From assembly GCA_038887515.1 (NCBI GenBank), contig JAWAKK010000001.1:224001-288000 (forward strand): DNA of 64,000 nt. The letters run 5' to 3'. Both the position numbers and the translations under genes were made by a program. Shown here one piece after another: positions 30,508 to 39,667 of this stretch (positions within the stretch are counted from its first letter, which is position 1; every line of letters begins with the position of its first letter). The notes below the pieces were generated by a model, which made no database searches, was not told where the DNA came from, and saw only the letters and a list, made by a program, of their open reading frames with translations. This stretch comes from Candidatus Nezhaarchaeales archaeon. GTDB taxonomy: Archaea; Thermoproteota; Methanomethylicia; Nezhaarchaeales; WYZ-LMO8.

Positions 30508-30679
30508 ATCTTCAGAAACTTCATACTATTTTTTTGTGTAAAGTCTTAGAGAGAAGAAAATTTTCTTCTCTTTTTTTTAAATTTTATCCATGAAATTTAA
30601 TCATGCTACTTCTTTTTTTCACTACTTATTGAGAGGTGCAAACCTTAAATACTCACTTCATGTCCCTTACCTATTTATT

Positions 30680-33316
30680 GTGGGAACCTTGCCTGAACCT
30701 GAGACCGGTTTTGGTATATTATTGCCTGACGGTACTAGGCGATGCACTGGCTGTACTGTCGGCGGACCAGTGTTCGCCTACGTCAAAGACGGAAAGATAA
30801 CTAGGGTGACGCCAATCGAATTCGGGCCAGACGATGCTGAAAGCTGGGAAATAGAGGCTAGAGGGAGAGTCTTTAGACCTCCTCGAAAGGCACTTGTAGC
30901 GCCATACGTCTTGTCTGTTAGGAGCAGAATTTACTCGCCCGAAAGGCTACTGACGCCCATGAAGAGGATTGACTTTGATCCTGACGCTCCACCTGACAAG
31001 AGAAAGCAAGAAAACAGGGGGAAGTCGGGTTACGAACCTATAACTTGGGAAGAAGCTCTAGAGATAGTTGCCAACGAGATAGAGAGGGTTAGGAGGCAGT
31101 ACGGACCTGAAGCGATTGCCGCTACAGCAGATTCTCACTACGAGTGGGGCAACATACACTATAGGCATAGCACTCGCTTTAGGTTCTTCAACTTACTTGG
31201 TTTCACTTACGTAGATCATAACCCTGATAGCTGGGAGGGATGGCATTGGGGAGCAATGCACATGTGGGGCTTCAGCTGGAGGTTGGGTATCCCCGAACAG
31301 TACGATCTATTGTGGGACGCATTAAACCACTGCGACATGATCGTGTTCTGGAGTGCAGACCCGGATACGAATAGAGCTATAGGCTATCAAGGATATGAGT
31401 CAGCCCCCTGGAGGCTTTGGCTTAAGGAGCTCGGAGTCAAGGTCGTGGCTGTAGATCCGTTCTACAATTGGACAGCCCACATTATGTGGGCCGACAAGTG
31501 GTTTGCCCCTAGACCCGGTACCGATACTGCGCTGGCGGCAGCAATAGCCTATGTATGGATAACGGAGGATAGATACGACAAGAAGTTCGTTGAGACTAAA
31601 TGTTATGGATTTGACGAATTCAAGAAGTACATCCTCGGAGAAGCCGATCATACACCTAAGACCCCCAAGTGGGCTGAAGAACTGACCGGAATACCGGCTC
31701 GAGAAATAGTGGCGCTTGCTAGAGAGTGGGCTTCGAAGAGGACGATGCTAGCCGCTGGAGGTCTAGGTGGTTGGGGCGGAGCGTGTAGGAGTGCATATGG
31801 TCATGAGTGGGCCAGGTTCATGGTTGCTCTTGCCGCAATGCAAGGCATCGGAAAGCCGGGAGTCAACATTTGGGGTACTACGCAAGGCGCCCCCGTTGAC
31901 TGCACGTTCTTCTTCCCAGGATACGCTGAAGGTGGTATCTCGGGAGACCCCGTGAAGAGCGCTGCCTTCAAGAACCTATTAGCTCGCGGAATGACTAAGA
32001 TACCCACTTATTGTACGATACACGACAACAACCACATAGCTAGGTTACTACTACCCGAATGCATAACGTATCCACCAGAGAAGTACGTTACTTGGAGGGG
32101 GAGAGGCTTCTGTGGAGAGTCTCTACAGCATCAGTTTAGGCCGTATAGATATCCAGCCCCTGGCTATAACCCCATGAAGATGCTTTACAGGATAGGTGCT
32201 GGCTACATAGGTACGATGACCCACACAAACAGGTGGGTAAGGGCCTATAGGAGCCCGAAGTTAGAGTTCTTCGTCGTACAAACAATATTTGCTAATGAAC
32301 CTGAGTGCAAGTTTGCGGACGTTTTGTTACCAGTCTGTACGAACTTTGAACGTTGGGATATAAGTGAGTGGGCAAGCTGCTCTGGTTACATACCGCATTC
32401 ATTCACTGGCGTCAACCATAGAACCATAGTACTACACATGAAGTGTATAGAACCTCTAGGACAGTCTAGAAGCGACTATTGGATATTTGAGCAGCTAGCA
32501 AAGAAGCTCGGCTTCTGGTACGAGTTCACGGAAGGAGGTATGACAGACCTAGATTGGGTCAAGAGGATGTTTGAGGTAAGCGACTTACCAAAGTACATAA
32601 CTTGGGAAGAGTTCAAGAAGAAGGGCTACTTCGTAGTACCACCGCCAAAGCCCTACAAGCCTACGCCTGCCCTAAGGTGGTTCTACGAGGATAGAGAAAG
32701 GGACACACCCGACTGGGCTCCGCCATACCCGAAGAAGGGCCTTGCCACGCCAACCGGTAAAATAGAGTTCTACTCCAAGACTATAGAGAAGTTCAAGCAG
32801 GATGATCCGGAAGAAGAGAGACCGATCATACCCATGTACATACCTTCGTGGGAGGGTCATACGAGTGAGATGGCCAAGAAGTACCCGCTACAACTCGTAA
32901 CACCTCACCCGAGGTACTCTTACCACACGCACCACGATGGTAAGGGTACGTGGATAAACGAGATTCCAGAGCATAGAATAAAGAAGGAGGATGGAAGGTA
33001 CTACTGGGTGCTATATATCAATCCAAAGGATGCAGAGGCTAGAGGCATAAAACACGGCGATATAGTCAGAGTCTTTAACGATAGAGGCTCAGTGCTATGT
33101 GTAGCCTTCGTCACAGAGAGAGTGAGACCGGGGGTTGTAAGGGCTTGGGAATCCTGCAATGTTTATGATCCAATAGGTGAACCTGGCGATCCCAAGAGCG
33201 TAGATAGAGGAGGTTGCTTGAACCTCATTACTCCAGAGAAGTTCCTATCAAAGAACGCCTGCGGTATGGCTCCAAACTCATGCCTAGTCGAAGTTGAGAA
33301 GTGGAAGGGGGTGTAG
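30680..33316 (+). CDS. athL: Molybdopterin oxidoreductase, pyrogallol-phloroglucinol transhydroxylase large subunit homolog
   Basis: Long motifs matching Pelobacter acidigallici AthL as I recall it: GGPVF.YVKDGKI, HNPDSWEGWHWG.MHMWGFSWRLG.PEQYDLL, AAGGLGGWGGACR, FPGYAEGGISGD, CTNFERWDISE.A.CSGYIP and DRGGC.N..TP. No Tat signal. The start is likely GTG 30680 or TTG 30689, not 30590. Confidence 0.9.
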   Translation: MGTLPEPETGFGILLPDGTRRCTGCTVGGPVFAYVKDGKITRVTPIEFGPDDAESWEIEARGRVFRPPRKALVAPYVLSVRSRIYSPERLLTPMKRIDFDPDAPPDKRKQENRGKSGYEPITWEEALEIVANEIERVRRQYGPEAIAATADSHYEWGNIHYRHSTRFRFFNLLGFTYVDHNPDSWEGWHWGAMHMWGFSWRLGIPEQYDLLWDALNHCDMIVFWSADPDTNRAIGYQGYESAPWRLWLKELGVKVVAVDPFYNWTAHIMWADKWFAPRPGTDTALAAAIAYVWITEDRYDKKFVETKCYGFDEFKKYILGEADHTPKTPKWAEELTGIPAREIVALAREWASKRTMLAAGGLGGWGGACRSAYGHEWARFMVALAAMQGIGKPGVNIWGTTQGAPVDCTFFFPGYAEGGISGDPVKSAAFKNLLARGMTKIPTYCTIHDNNHIARLLLPECITYPPEKYVTWRGRGFCGESLQHQFRPYRYPAPGYNPMKMLYRIGAGYIGTMTHTNRWVRAYRSPKLEFFVVQTIFANEPECKFADVLLPVCTNFERWDISEWASCSGYIPHSFTGVNHRTIVLHMKCIEPLGQSRSDYWIFEQLAKKLGFWYEFTEGGMTDLDWVKRMFEVSDLPKYITWEEFKKKGYFVVPPPKPYKPTPALRWFYEDRERDTPDWAPPYPKKGLATPTGKIEFYSKTIEKFKQDDPEEERPIIPMYIPSWEGHTSEMAKKYPLQLVTPHPRYSYHTHHDGKGTWINEIPEHRIKKEDGRYYWVLYINPKDAEARGIKHGDIVRVFNDRGSVLCVAFVTERVRPGVVRAWESCNVYDPIGEPGDPKSVDRGGCLNLITPEKFLSKNACGMAPNSCLVEVEKWKGV

Positions 33317-33319
33317 GAT

Positions 33320-34162
33320 ATGGTTAGGTACGCAATAGTCGTAGACATAACTAAATGCAATGGTTGCTACAACTGTTTCTTAGCTTGTAAAGACGAGTTT
33401 TGGGATAACGATTGGCTACCGTACTCCGTTGGACAGCCTAGACATGGACATCAATGGATTAGGCTACTGTATAAGGAGAGAGGAAACTATCCACATGTCA
33501 GGATCACGTATGTTCCAATGCTGTGTTTCCACTGCGAAAATCCAAACTGCATAAAGGCGGCTAAAGAAGGCGCCGTATACAAGAGACCAGACGGAATAGT
33601 AATAATAGACCCAGTAAAGGCCAAGGGACAGAGACAACTTGTCGAAGCTTGTCCCTATGGAAACATTTTCTGGAACGAAGAGAAAAACGTACCTCAAAAA
33701 TGTACCATGTGCATACACTTACTAGAACAGGGATGGAAAGAACCTCGCTGTGTACAAGCATGCCCAACAGGAGCTTTAAAGTTTGGTGATCTAGATGATC
33801 CGAAGAGTGAAGTTTACGGAATGGTAAAGTCCGGGCGTGCGATACCATTTAAGCCCGAAGCGGGACTGAGGTCAGGAGTATTCTACGTGGGTCTCCACCG
33901 ATACGCAAAGGAGTTGCTGGCTGGAAGTGTCGCACTTAAAGGTAGTGACGAGGTTGCTAAAGGCGCGAAGGTAATGCTAGTAAATAAGAAGACAGGCGAG
34001 AAGCTGGTCACAGAGACAAACGAGTTTGGATTATTCGAGTTCGACGGCCTTGAGTTAGGGCAATACACGTTGACCATAGAGTATCCAGGCTACAAGACCA
34101 AGGCCCTCGACATAGTTCTCTCGAAGAGCTTATATATGGGTTACATTGAGCTAGAAAGATAA
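33320..34162 (+). CDS. bthL: Transhydroxylase small Fe-S subunit homolog (3x[4Fe-4S] plus C-terminal fibronectin-like domain)
   Basis: CNGCYNCFLACKDE, ERGNYP, CFHCENPNC, CPYG and KCTMC motifs; the C-terminal ETNEFGLFEFDGL..G.YT extension is characteristic of BthL. Confidence 0.9.
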   Translation: MVRYAIVVDITKCNGCYNCFLACKDEFWDNDWLPYSVGQPRHGHQWIRLLYKERGNYPHVRITYVPMLCFHCENPNCIKAAKEGAVYKRPDGIVIIDPVKAKGQRQLVEACPYGNIFWNEEKNVPQKCTMCIHLLEQGWKEPRCVQACPTGALKFGDLDDPKSEVYGMVKSGRAIPFKPEAGLRSGVFYVGLHRYAKELLAGSVALKGSDEVAKGAKVMLVNKKTGEKLVTETNEFGLFEFDGLELGQYTLTIEYPGYKTKALDIVLSKSLYMGYIELER

Positions 34163-34196
34163 TTAATTTTACAAGAAAAGTGAAGGGGTAATTGAC

Positions 34197-34334
34197 ATGT
34201 TAATCCCCATAGAACAAATCCCCATAGAAGCCCTGCCAGTAAGACTATTTGTTGAAGCGTGGATAGCAATGATAATCACGAACATATGGTTCTACATAGG
34301 CTACAAGATCGCTCAGAGTAGAAAGAAGGAGTGA
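34197..34334 (+). CDS. Unannotated small membrane protein (type B) upstream of symporter 2
   Basis: MLIPIEQIPIEALPVRLFVEAWIAMIITNIWFYIGYKIAQSRKKE*; GAAGGGG SD; homolog at 25416-25544. Confidence 0.82.
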   Translation: MLIPIEQIPIEALPVRLFVEAWIAMIITNIWFYIGYKIAQSRKKE

Positions 34335-34474
34335 TGGCCATGGAGCTCAATGTAGATTGGCTAACTACATGGGAGGGCTTCTGGTTCTACATTTTCATAA
34401 TATTTTTAATACTGTTCTACGGCGGCGTAAGGAAAAGCAAGAAAACTTCGGAGTCAGCCACTAAAAGTGGGTGA
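34334..34474 (+). CDS. Unannotated small membrane protein (type A) upstream of symporter 2
   Basis: MAMELNVDWLTTWEGFWFYIFIIFLILFYGGVRKSKKTSESATKSG*; TGATG overlap with the previous peptide; homolog at 23638-23769. Confidence 0.82.
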   Translation: MAMELNVDWLTTWEGFWFYIFIIFLILFYGGVRKSKKTSESATKSG

Positions 34475-34480
34475 TATGAC

Positions 34481-35971
34481 ATGGCGCTTAGGATGGAGAT
34501 ATTACTTCCAGTAGTGATATACTACTTGGTAGTCACCATTGGTGTTGGGACCTACTTCATAAGGAAATACGGTAGGGCGGCGAGAGACTTTACGGTTGCA
34601 GCGATGTCATTGCCGTGGTGGCTAGTAGCTATGGGCATAGTATTGGGGCCTTTCGGTGCCGGACATACATTGAGCCCGGCCGAAGCATCATGGAGATGGG
34701 GCGCTACGCCGAACTGGTGGTCAATAGTAGGTGGTACCCTATCACTAACTATAGCGATATTCACTATCGGTAGGTGGTACAGGAGGCTTGGAGCTTCAAC
34801 AATAGCTGAAGCCTACGAGAAGGTTTTCAGCCCAGGAGTAAGAGCGCTTGCGTCAGCTACAACTCTCTTGGCATCTCTAGCTATAGGTAGTCTAGAGTTT
34901 TATGCAAGCGCTGCAGCTATCTCGGGCTTTACCGGACTAGACATAGGGTTCTGCCTCATATTCTCCTTCGTGTTCTTCATAATATACGTGTTGTTCTCGG
35001 GAGTAATGCAGCTAGCCGTCGTCAACTTAATAAACATAATAGTGTACTACGTTGGCGTGGTACTAGCGCTCGTAGTTCTAACTTCAATTGTCGGACAAAT
35101 AGGTGGTTGGAAGGTCGCTGAACAATTAATAGTTCAGAAAGTGGGTACAAAGGGAGTTACATTATTTGCTCCTGAGCTCGGACCATTCCTCGGCTTAGTG
35201 CTCCCAATAGCAATACTTCATGCATGTTATACGCCACTAGTCCAAGGGTTCATGCAACCAGTGCTAGCTGCAAAGGATGAGAAGCAGATAACGAAGGGGT
35301 GGCCCCTAGTGCTAGTGTTGAACGCAAGTGCTACGACGGCATTCGTGGTCATAGGTTTGGCGTCGTTTACTCTGCCGTCGACGCTTTACGGTCCACTAGC
35401 TCCTACCATAGAAGCGCTTAGAGCCCAAGGTGCAGGCGTGCCAGCCATAATACTTACCATAACGGAACTACTTCCTGGTGCAGGTGCGCTAATCTTGATG
35501 TCGTTGTTAGCTGCCACGTTATCCACGGGTGGTGCTTTCGTACTAGGTTCTTCAACTGCAATAGTCGAAGACCTTATATCAATGTACAAGAAGTTCGACG
35601 AGAGAGTAAGACTGATACTGCTACGTGTATTCATTATCGTCGCATGTATACTATGTCTCGTTGGAGCAATGTTCATGCCATACCTGATAGCTGCCTTCTT
35701 ATGGGTATTCGGATGGACTGTGCCCTTCTTCGTTGGTTTAGTGTTTGCATGGTTATGGCGCAGAAGCACTAAGGCAATGCTTGGAACGGTAGCGATCACG
35801 TGGATCGTGCACGTGCTATGGACTATATTCGGAGTCAATGTACCCTTTGAGTGGCTAAAGCCTCCTCTAGGCAACACCTATCCGCTAATCATAATAGCCA
35901 TAATAGTATACGTGGTACTGGCCTTAGCATCCAAGGATAGCAAAGAACCCGGTAAGTTGCTGACAAAATAA
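34481..35971 (+). CDS. Sodium:solute symporter (SSS) family protein 2, paralog of symporter 1
   Basis: DFTVAAMSLPWWL, PFGAGHTLSPAEA, QPVLAAKD and LLAATLSTGGAF; many motifs shared with 23774-25315. Confidence 0.92.
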   Translation: MALRMEILLPVVIYYLVVTIGVGTYFIRKYGRAARDFTVAAMSLPWWLVAMGIVLGPFGAGHTLSPAEASWRWGATPNWWSIVGGTLSLTIAIFTIGRWYRRLGASTIAEAYEKVFSPGVRALASATTLLASLAIGSLEFYASAAAISGFTGLDIGFCLIFSFVFFIIYVLFSGVMQLAVVNLINIIVYYVGVVLALVVLTSIVGQIGGWKVAEQLIVQKVGTKGVTLFAPELGPFLGLVLPIAILHACYTPLVQGFMQPVLAAKDEKQITKGWPLVLVLNASATTAFVVIGLASFTLPSTLYGPLAPTIEALRAQGAGVPAIILTITELLPGAGALILMSLLAATLSTGGAFVLGSSTAIVEDLISMYKKFDERVRLILLRVFIIVACILCLVGAMFMPYLIAAFLWVFGWTVPFFVGLVFAWLWRRSTKAMLGTVAITWIVHVLWTIFGVNVPFEWLKPPLGNTYPLIIIAIIVYVVLALASKDSKEPGKLLTK

Positions 35972-36218
35972 AACCTCTTTCTTTTTTATTAATACTTTTC
36001 TCCTTAAACCCGTTTTTGTAAAGGAATGTTAATTTTAAATTTAATGTTTAAAGAGTTCTTGAAGTTATGGATGGTTAGACCACATCTTTAATTATGCTAT
36101 CAGATAAATTTCGCTTAAGGAAGTTAAGGCTAGCTTCCTATAACCTCAAAGCAAATCTTTAAGATTTTATGGATCTCGAATAATGATATTTTGTTTTAAT
36201 ACCGCTTTACGAATTACG

Positions 36219-36788
36219 TCAAATTCTACTAAACCAAGAAGTTTTCGATGTGTTTATTGCGAACATTAAGAGCCAGAGTGTTGCGACGATTAAGACCGAT
36301 ACTTCAAGCATGCCGACCGAGGTCCATGGAATTAAAGCGAAGATTAATGCTATTACACTTAGCGTTAGCAAGACAATGCCTAAGGCCCTTTTTATCTTCA
36401 TGGTCCATATGCTTACAACGATCATTGAAAGTATTAAGAACGAAAAGAACATAACCGAAACGAAGTAGTGAGGCCTGGTACCTTCAGGGTATGTGGAAAC
36501 TAACGTTAAGAATATGGACGATATTGAAAAGAAGACTCCTCCTATACGTCCTAACCGACCCCTCAATTTTAATATCAAGGTGCAACCATATGCTAATGCA
36601 AGAAATGAGGCTACAATAAGCCCTCCATTAAAAACGTAACTGAATGATACTCCTATTGCGCCTAGATCGCTTAAAGCATTTCTATATAATGAGAACCATG
36701 GATTAAGAATTATTGATATAAGTATTGTTACCCAGCCAATAAACATGGCTATAATCCCAAGTAGGTGAGTAAGGAGGCTAAGTCTCAT
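36219..36788 (-). CDS. DUF998-like membrane protein
   Basis: NPWFSL..NALSDLG, FNGGLI and PE...PH..VS motifs. Confidence 0.75.
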   Translation of the reverse strand: MRLSLLTHLLGIIAMFIGWVTILISIILNPWFSLYRNALSDLGAIGVSFSYVFNGGLIVASFLALAYGCTLILKLRGRLGRIGGVFFSISSIFLTLVSTYPEGTRPHYFVSVMFFSFLILSMIVVSIWTMKIKRALGIVLLTLSVIALIFALIPWTSVGMLEVSVLIVATLWLLMFAINTSKTSWFSRI

Positions 36789-36954
36789 GAAGGCATCAAT
36801 ATAAAGTTCTAATAATGTATGACAATTTAAAGCTTTAGAAGTCTAACAATACCTAATCTAATTTCGTACCTATTTAGTTATTAAATCTTCATTGGCAGGT
36901 AAACACAGTAAAATTTTTCAACAAAAGTCATGGAATTGGTTAGGAAAATCTTAA

Positions 36955-37335
36955 TTATCTTACGAATATACGTTCTTCGCATGAATCTTTATACGGCCTT
37001 ATATGATTGTAATTTCTTTCGAAAACGATCCTATCGTTAAGCTTTTTCAATACGTAATTGCACACAGGCTCCGAGACGTACTTGCACGTAAACCTTGTAT
37101 CTAAGCCTAGAAGCAACGTGAATTTAAGTATTGGGCATGGGTTTCTGCAGCGCGTTATTAATTCAGTGTTGGTAAGCTTAACTACCTCGATATCTCTCAT
37201 ACGAATCCTCAAGAACTTGAAGTAGAAAAGTTCGAGGATTTCGTTCACATTACTTGCCTTTGGTGCACTAAGAGTCCATAGCAGACCGTATGGGTAAAAT
37301 ATTTGCTTAGCCAGAAAGAGAACGAGGTTCTTCAA
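36955..37335 (-). CDS. Hypothetical Cys-containing protein (possible 5' extension to ATG 37387 across a G5 run)
   Basis: TRCRNPCP...C....EP.C and IRPY...CEE motifs. Confidence 0.6.
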   Translation of the reverse strand: MKNLVLFLAKQIFYPYGLLWTLSAPKASNVNEILELFYFKFLRIRMRDIEVVKLTNTELITRCRNPCPILKFTLLLGLDTRFTCKYVSEPVCNYVLKKLNDRIVFERNYNHIRPYKDSCEERIFVR

Positions 37336-37529
37336 TAATTCACGTCCCCCACTTCGGCTTCTCAGAAACCAGTAAGACTATGAGCATAAAATAAGCCTTT
37401 TAGAAGAAAAATTAGAAGAATCAATTTCTAAGTCCTAATCAGTTAAATCCTACAATTAAATAGGACATCTAGCTAAGAAACCGTAAACCTCATAACTTGT
37501 CTGTTGAAGTGTTAATCGGTTGAGTTCCA

Positions 37530-38825
37530 ATGCGTGGCTCGGATATTGTAGCTAATGTATTAAGGTTAGTTAAGGAGCACGACCATTGGAGGTCCTCTTG
37601 CCTAAATCTCATTCCGAGCGAAAATGTGACTAGCAAATTTGTCAGATTGATGTTAACGTCAGATCTCGGTCATAGGTATGCTGAAGGAAAGCCGTTTAAG
37701 AGGTACTACTGTGGAACTCGATTCATAGATGAAATAGAAGCGGTGGCTATAGAGCTAGCAAAGAAACTATTTAAATGCAAGTTTTCTTCTGTAAAACCTA
37801 TTTCAGGGACCATTGCCAATTTAGCTGTCTTCTCAGCTCTAGCGAAACCAGGGGACACCATTATGGGTCTCAGCATACCATGTGGTGGACACATAAGTTT
37901 TGCCGAAGTTGGCGCCGCAGGTATTAGAGGGCTGCGCGTGGTTAATTTGCCTTTCGATTATAGAGATATGAACGTAGATATCGAAAAGGCCATCGACACA
38001 ATAGCTAAAGTTAGACCTAAGCTAATAGTCCTAGGGGCTAGCCTCTTTCTATTCCCTCATCCGGTGAGGGAGCTCAGTAAGACAGCGGAAGAATTCGATG
38101 GACTTGTAGTTTACGATGGATCCCATGTTCTAGGCCTTATAGCCGGCGGTCAATTTCAAGATCCGCTATCTGAAGGAGCTCTCGCACTTATGGGCAGCAC
38201 CCACAAGACTTTTCCGGGCCCTCAAGGTGGTATAGTTCTGTCAAACGAAGAGACAGTCATGGAGAAAGTAGAAGAAGCACTATTTCCGGGGTTGGTTAGC
38301 AACCACCATCTACATAGGGTTGCCGCGCTAGTAATATCTCTGGCCGAAATGATAGAATTCGGAAGAGAGTACGCCAGGGACGTTGTGGATAACGCAAAAG
38401 AGCTTGCGAGATCGCTTTACGATAGAGGATTTAAGGTCCTTTGTCCGCATAAGGGCTTTACCTCATCTCATCAAATAGTAATTGACGTAGCTGAGTTGGG
38501 CGGTGGAAGGTGGGTCTCGAAGAGGCTCGAGGAGGCAAACATAATAACTAACATGAACTTACTCCCATGGGATGACGTTAAAAAAGCTAAAGACCCAAGC
38601 GGATTAAGGCTTGGAGTTCAAGAAGTCACAAGGTTAGGAATGAAGAGGGACGAAATGAACTTCATAGCTGAGAAGATAGAGGAAGTTCTATTGATGAATC
38701 GTAACCCAGCCGACGTCAGAAATGATGTGGCAAACTTTATGGCCTCTTATCAAGAGGTTAAGTATTGCTTCAACGGCTCTAAAGCATATAGAATAATAGA
38801 CTACTTAGAAGCGTTTGAGGTATGA
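37530..38825 (+). CDS. glyA: Serine hydroxymethyltransferase (archaeal type)
   Basis: LNLIPSEN, RYAEG, GGHIS, GSTHKTFPGPQGG and SNHHLHR motifs. Confidence 0.97.
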   Translation: MRGSDIVANVLRLVKEHDHWRSSCLNLIPSENVTSKFVRLMLTSDLGHRYAEGKPFKRYYCGTRFIDEIEAVAIELAKKLFKCKFSSVKPISGTIANLAVFSALAKPGDTIMGLSIPCGGHISFAEVGAAGIRGLRVVNLPFDYRDMNVDIEKAIDTIAKVRPKLIVLGASLFLFPHPVRELSKTAEEFDGLVVYDGSHVLGLIAGGQFQDPLSEGALALMGSTHKTFPGPQGGIVLSNEETVMEKVEEALFPGLVSNHHLHRVAALVISLAEMIEFGREYARDVVDNAKELARSLYDRGFKVLCPHKGFTSSHQIVIDVAELGGGRWVSKRLEEANIITNMNLLPWDDVKKAKDPSGLRLGVQEVTRLGMKRDEMNFIAEKIEEVLLMNRNPADVRNDVANFMASYQEVKYCFNGSKAYRIIDYLEAFEV

Positions 38826-39076
38826 AGTCCTAGGCCATTAATGCATATTGTCCATTAAAACCCTCCTCTATAACGCTACTAGTTATAAGTTAACGTCAGA
38901 TTTGGTGGGGTCGCCAAGGCTTAATTTCCTTAGAATACAGCGTACATCAGTGAAGATATGGAGTTCTTCATATTACTTCTTGCCGAACGTGGTAGGAAAC
39001 TAGAAAAAGATATAAGCTTATTAATGTAAAATTTTTCATATCCTAATTCTAAGGCCTGGTCGGTGGAAGAGAATTC

Positions 39077-39611
39077 ATGTCTGAGTCACCCTTAGAACTC
39101 GTAGTAAATTGGCTTAGAGCTCTTAGGTTTATGATACTTGATGTGATATCTCGTCTGAAAAACGTGGAGCCAAAGGCTAAAAGAGACATTTCAGTCTTCG
39201 TAACCTTAATAACTAACAGACTGAATAACATCGCTAATAGCTTAAACAGCGTATTGAAGCTTCTCGGAATAAACCCCGACGAGAAGTTAGAGTCACTCGA
39301 GCATCAACTGGGGGAGATAGTTGTAGGTCCTTAGAGGGTTTACTTCTATCGCTGAAGAGATCTTGAATAGAGACGTTTTAAGCGCAGAAAGAGTCGTATC
39401 TTCACTAGAAGAAATGTTGCATAGGATCGAAATGGTAATTGTTGGATCTAGAGCATTGTCTTTAATGGTTCAAGCGTTGCATGATAAAAATCGTGCTATT
39501 TTAAAGGTTGCGTTCGACGATGTGATGGATGATTGGTGCATAATAGCTAAGCGCTTTAGGGAACTTAACGAAGCGTGTGTAACTATGGGTGTAATGGGAG
39601 AGATGGGATAA
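39077..39611 (+). pseudogene. Helical hypothetical protein apparently split by a frameshift (ORFs 39077-39334 and 39363-39611)
   Basis: The second frame is already open from 39327 (VLRGFTSIAEEILNR), overlapping the end of the first ORF. Confidence 0.4.
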
Positions 39612-39667
39612 AGGAGAAAATTACGCTCAACTCGTGGTGTAGAGTAGGATAGTACTTAACGTTGAAA

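Noticed and set aside
30590-30679. ORF-track N-terminal extension of athL (also the extended starts at 8126, 8736, 20163 and 58624)
   Set aside because: The extensions run through terminator/promoter sequence or overlap upstream genes. Better starts with SD or TATA support exist downstream.
36069-36086. Fourth copy of the 17-bp palindrome (GGATGGTTAGACCACATC)
   Set aside because: Only the left half matches and the spacing is off; it lies between convergent genes.
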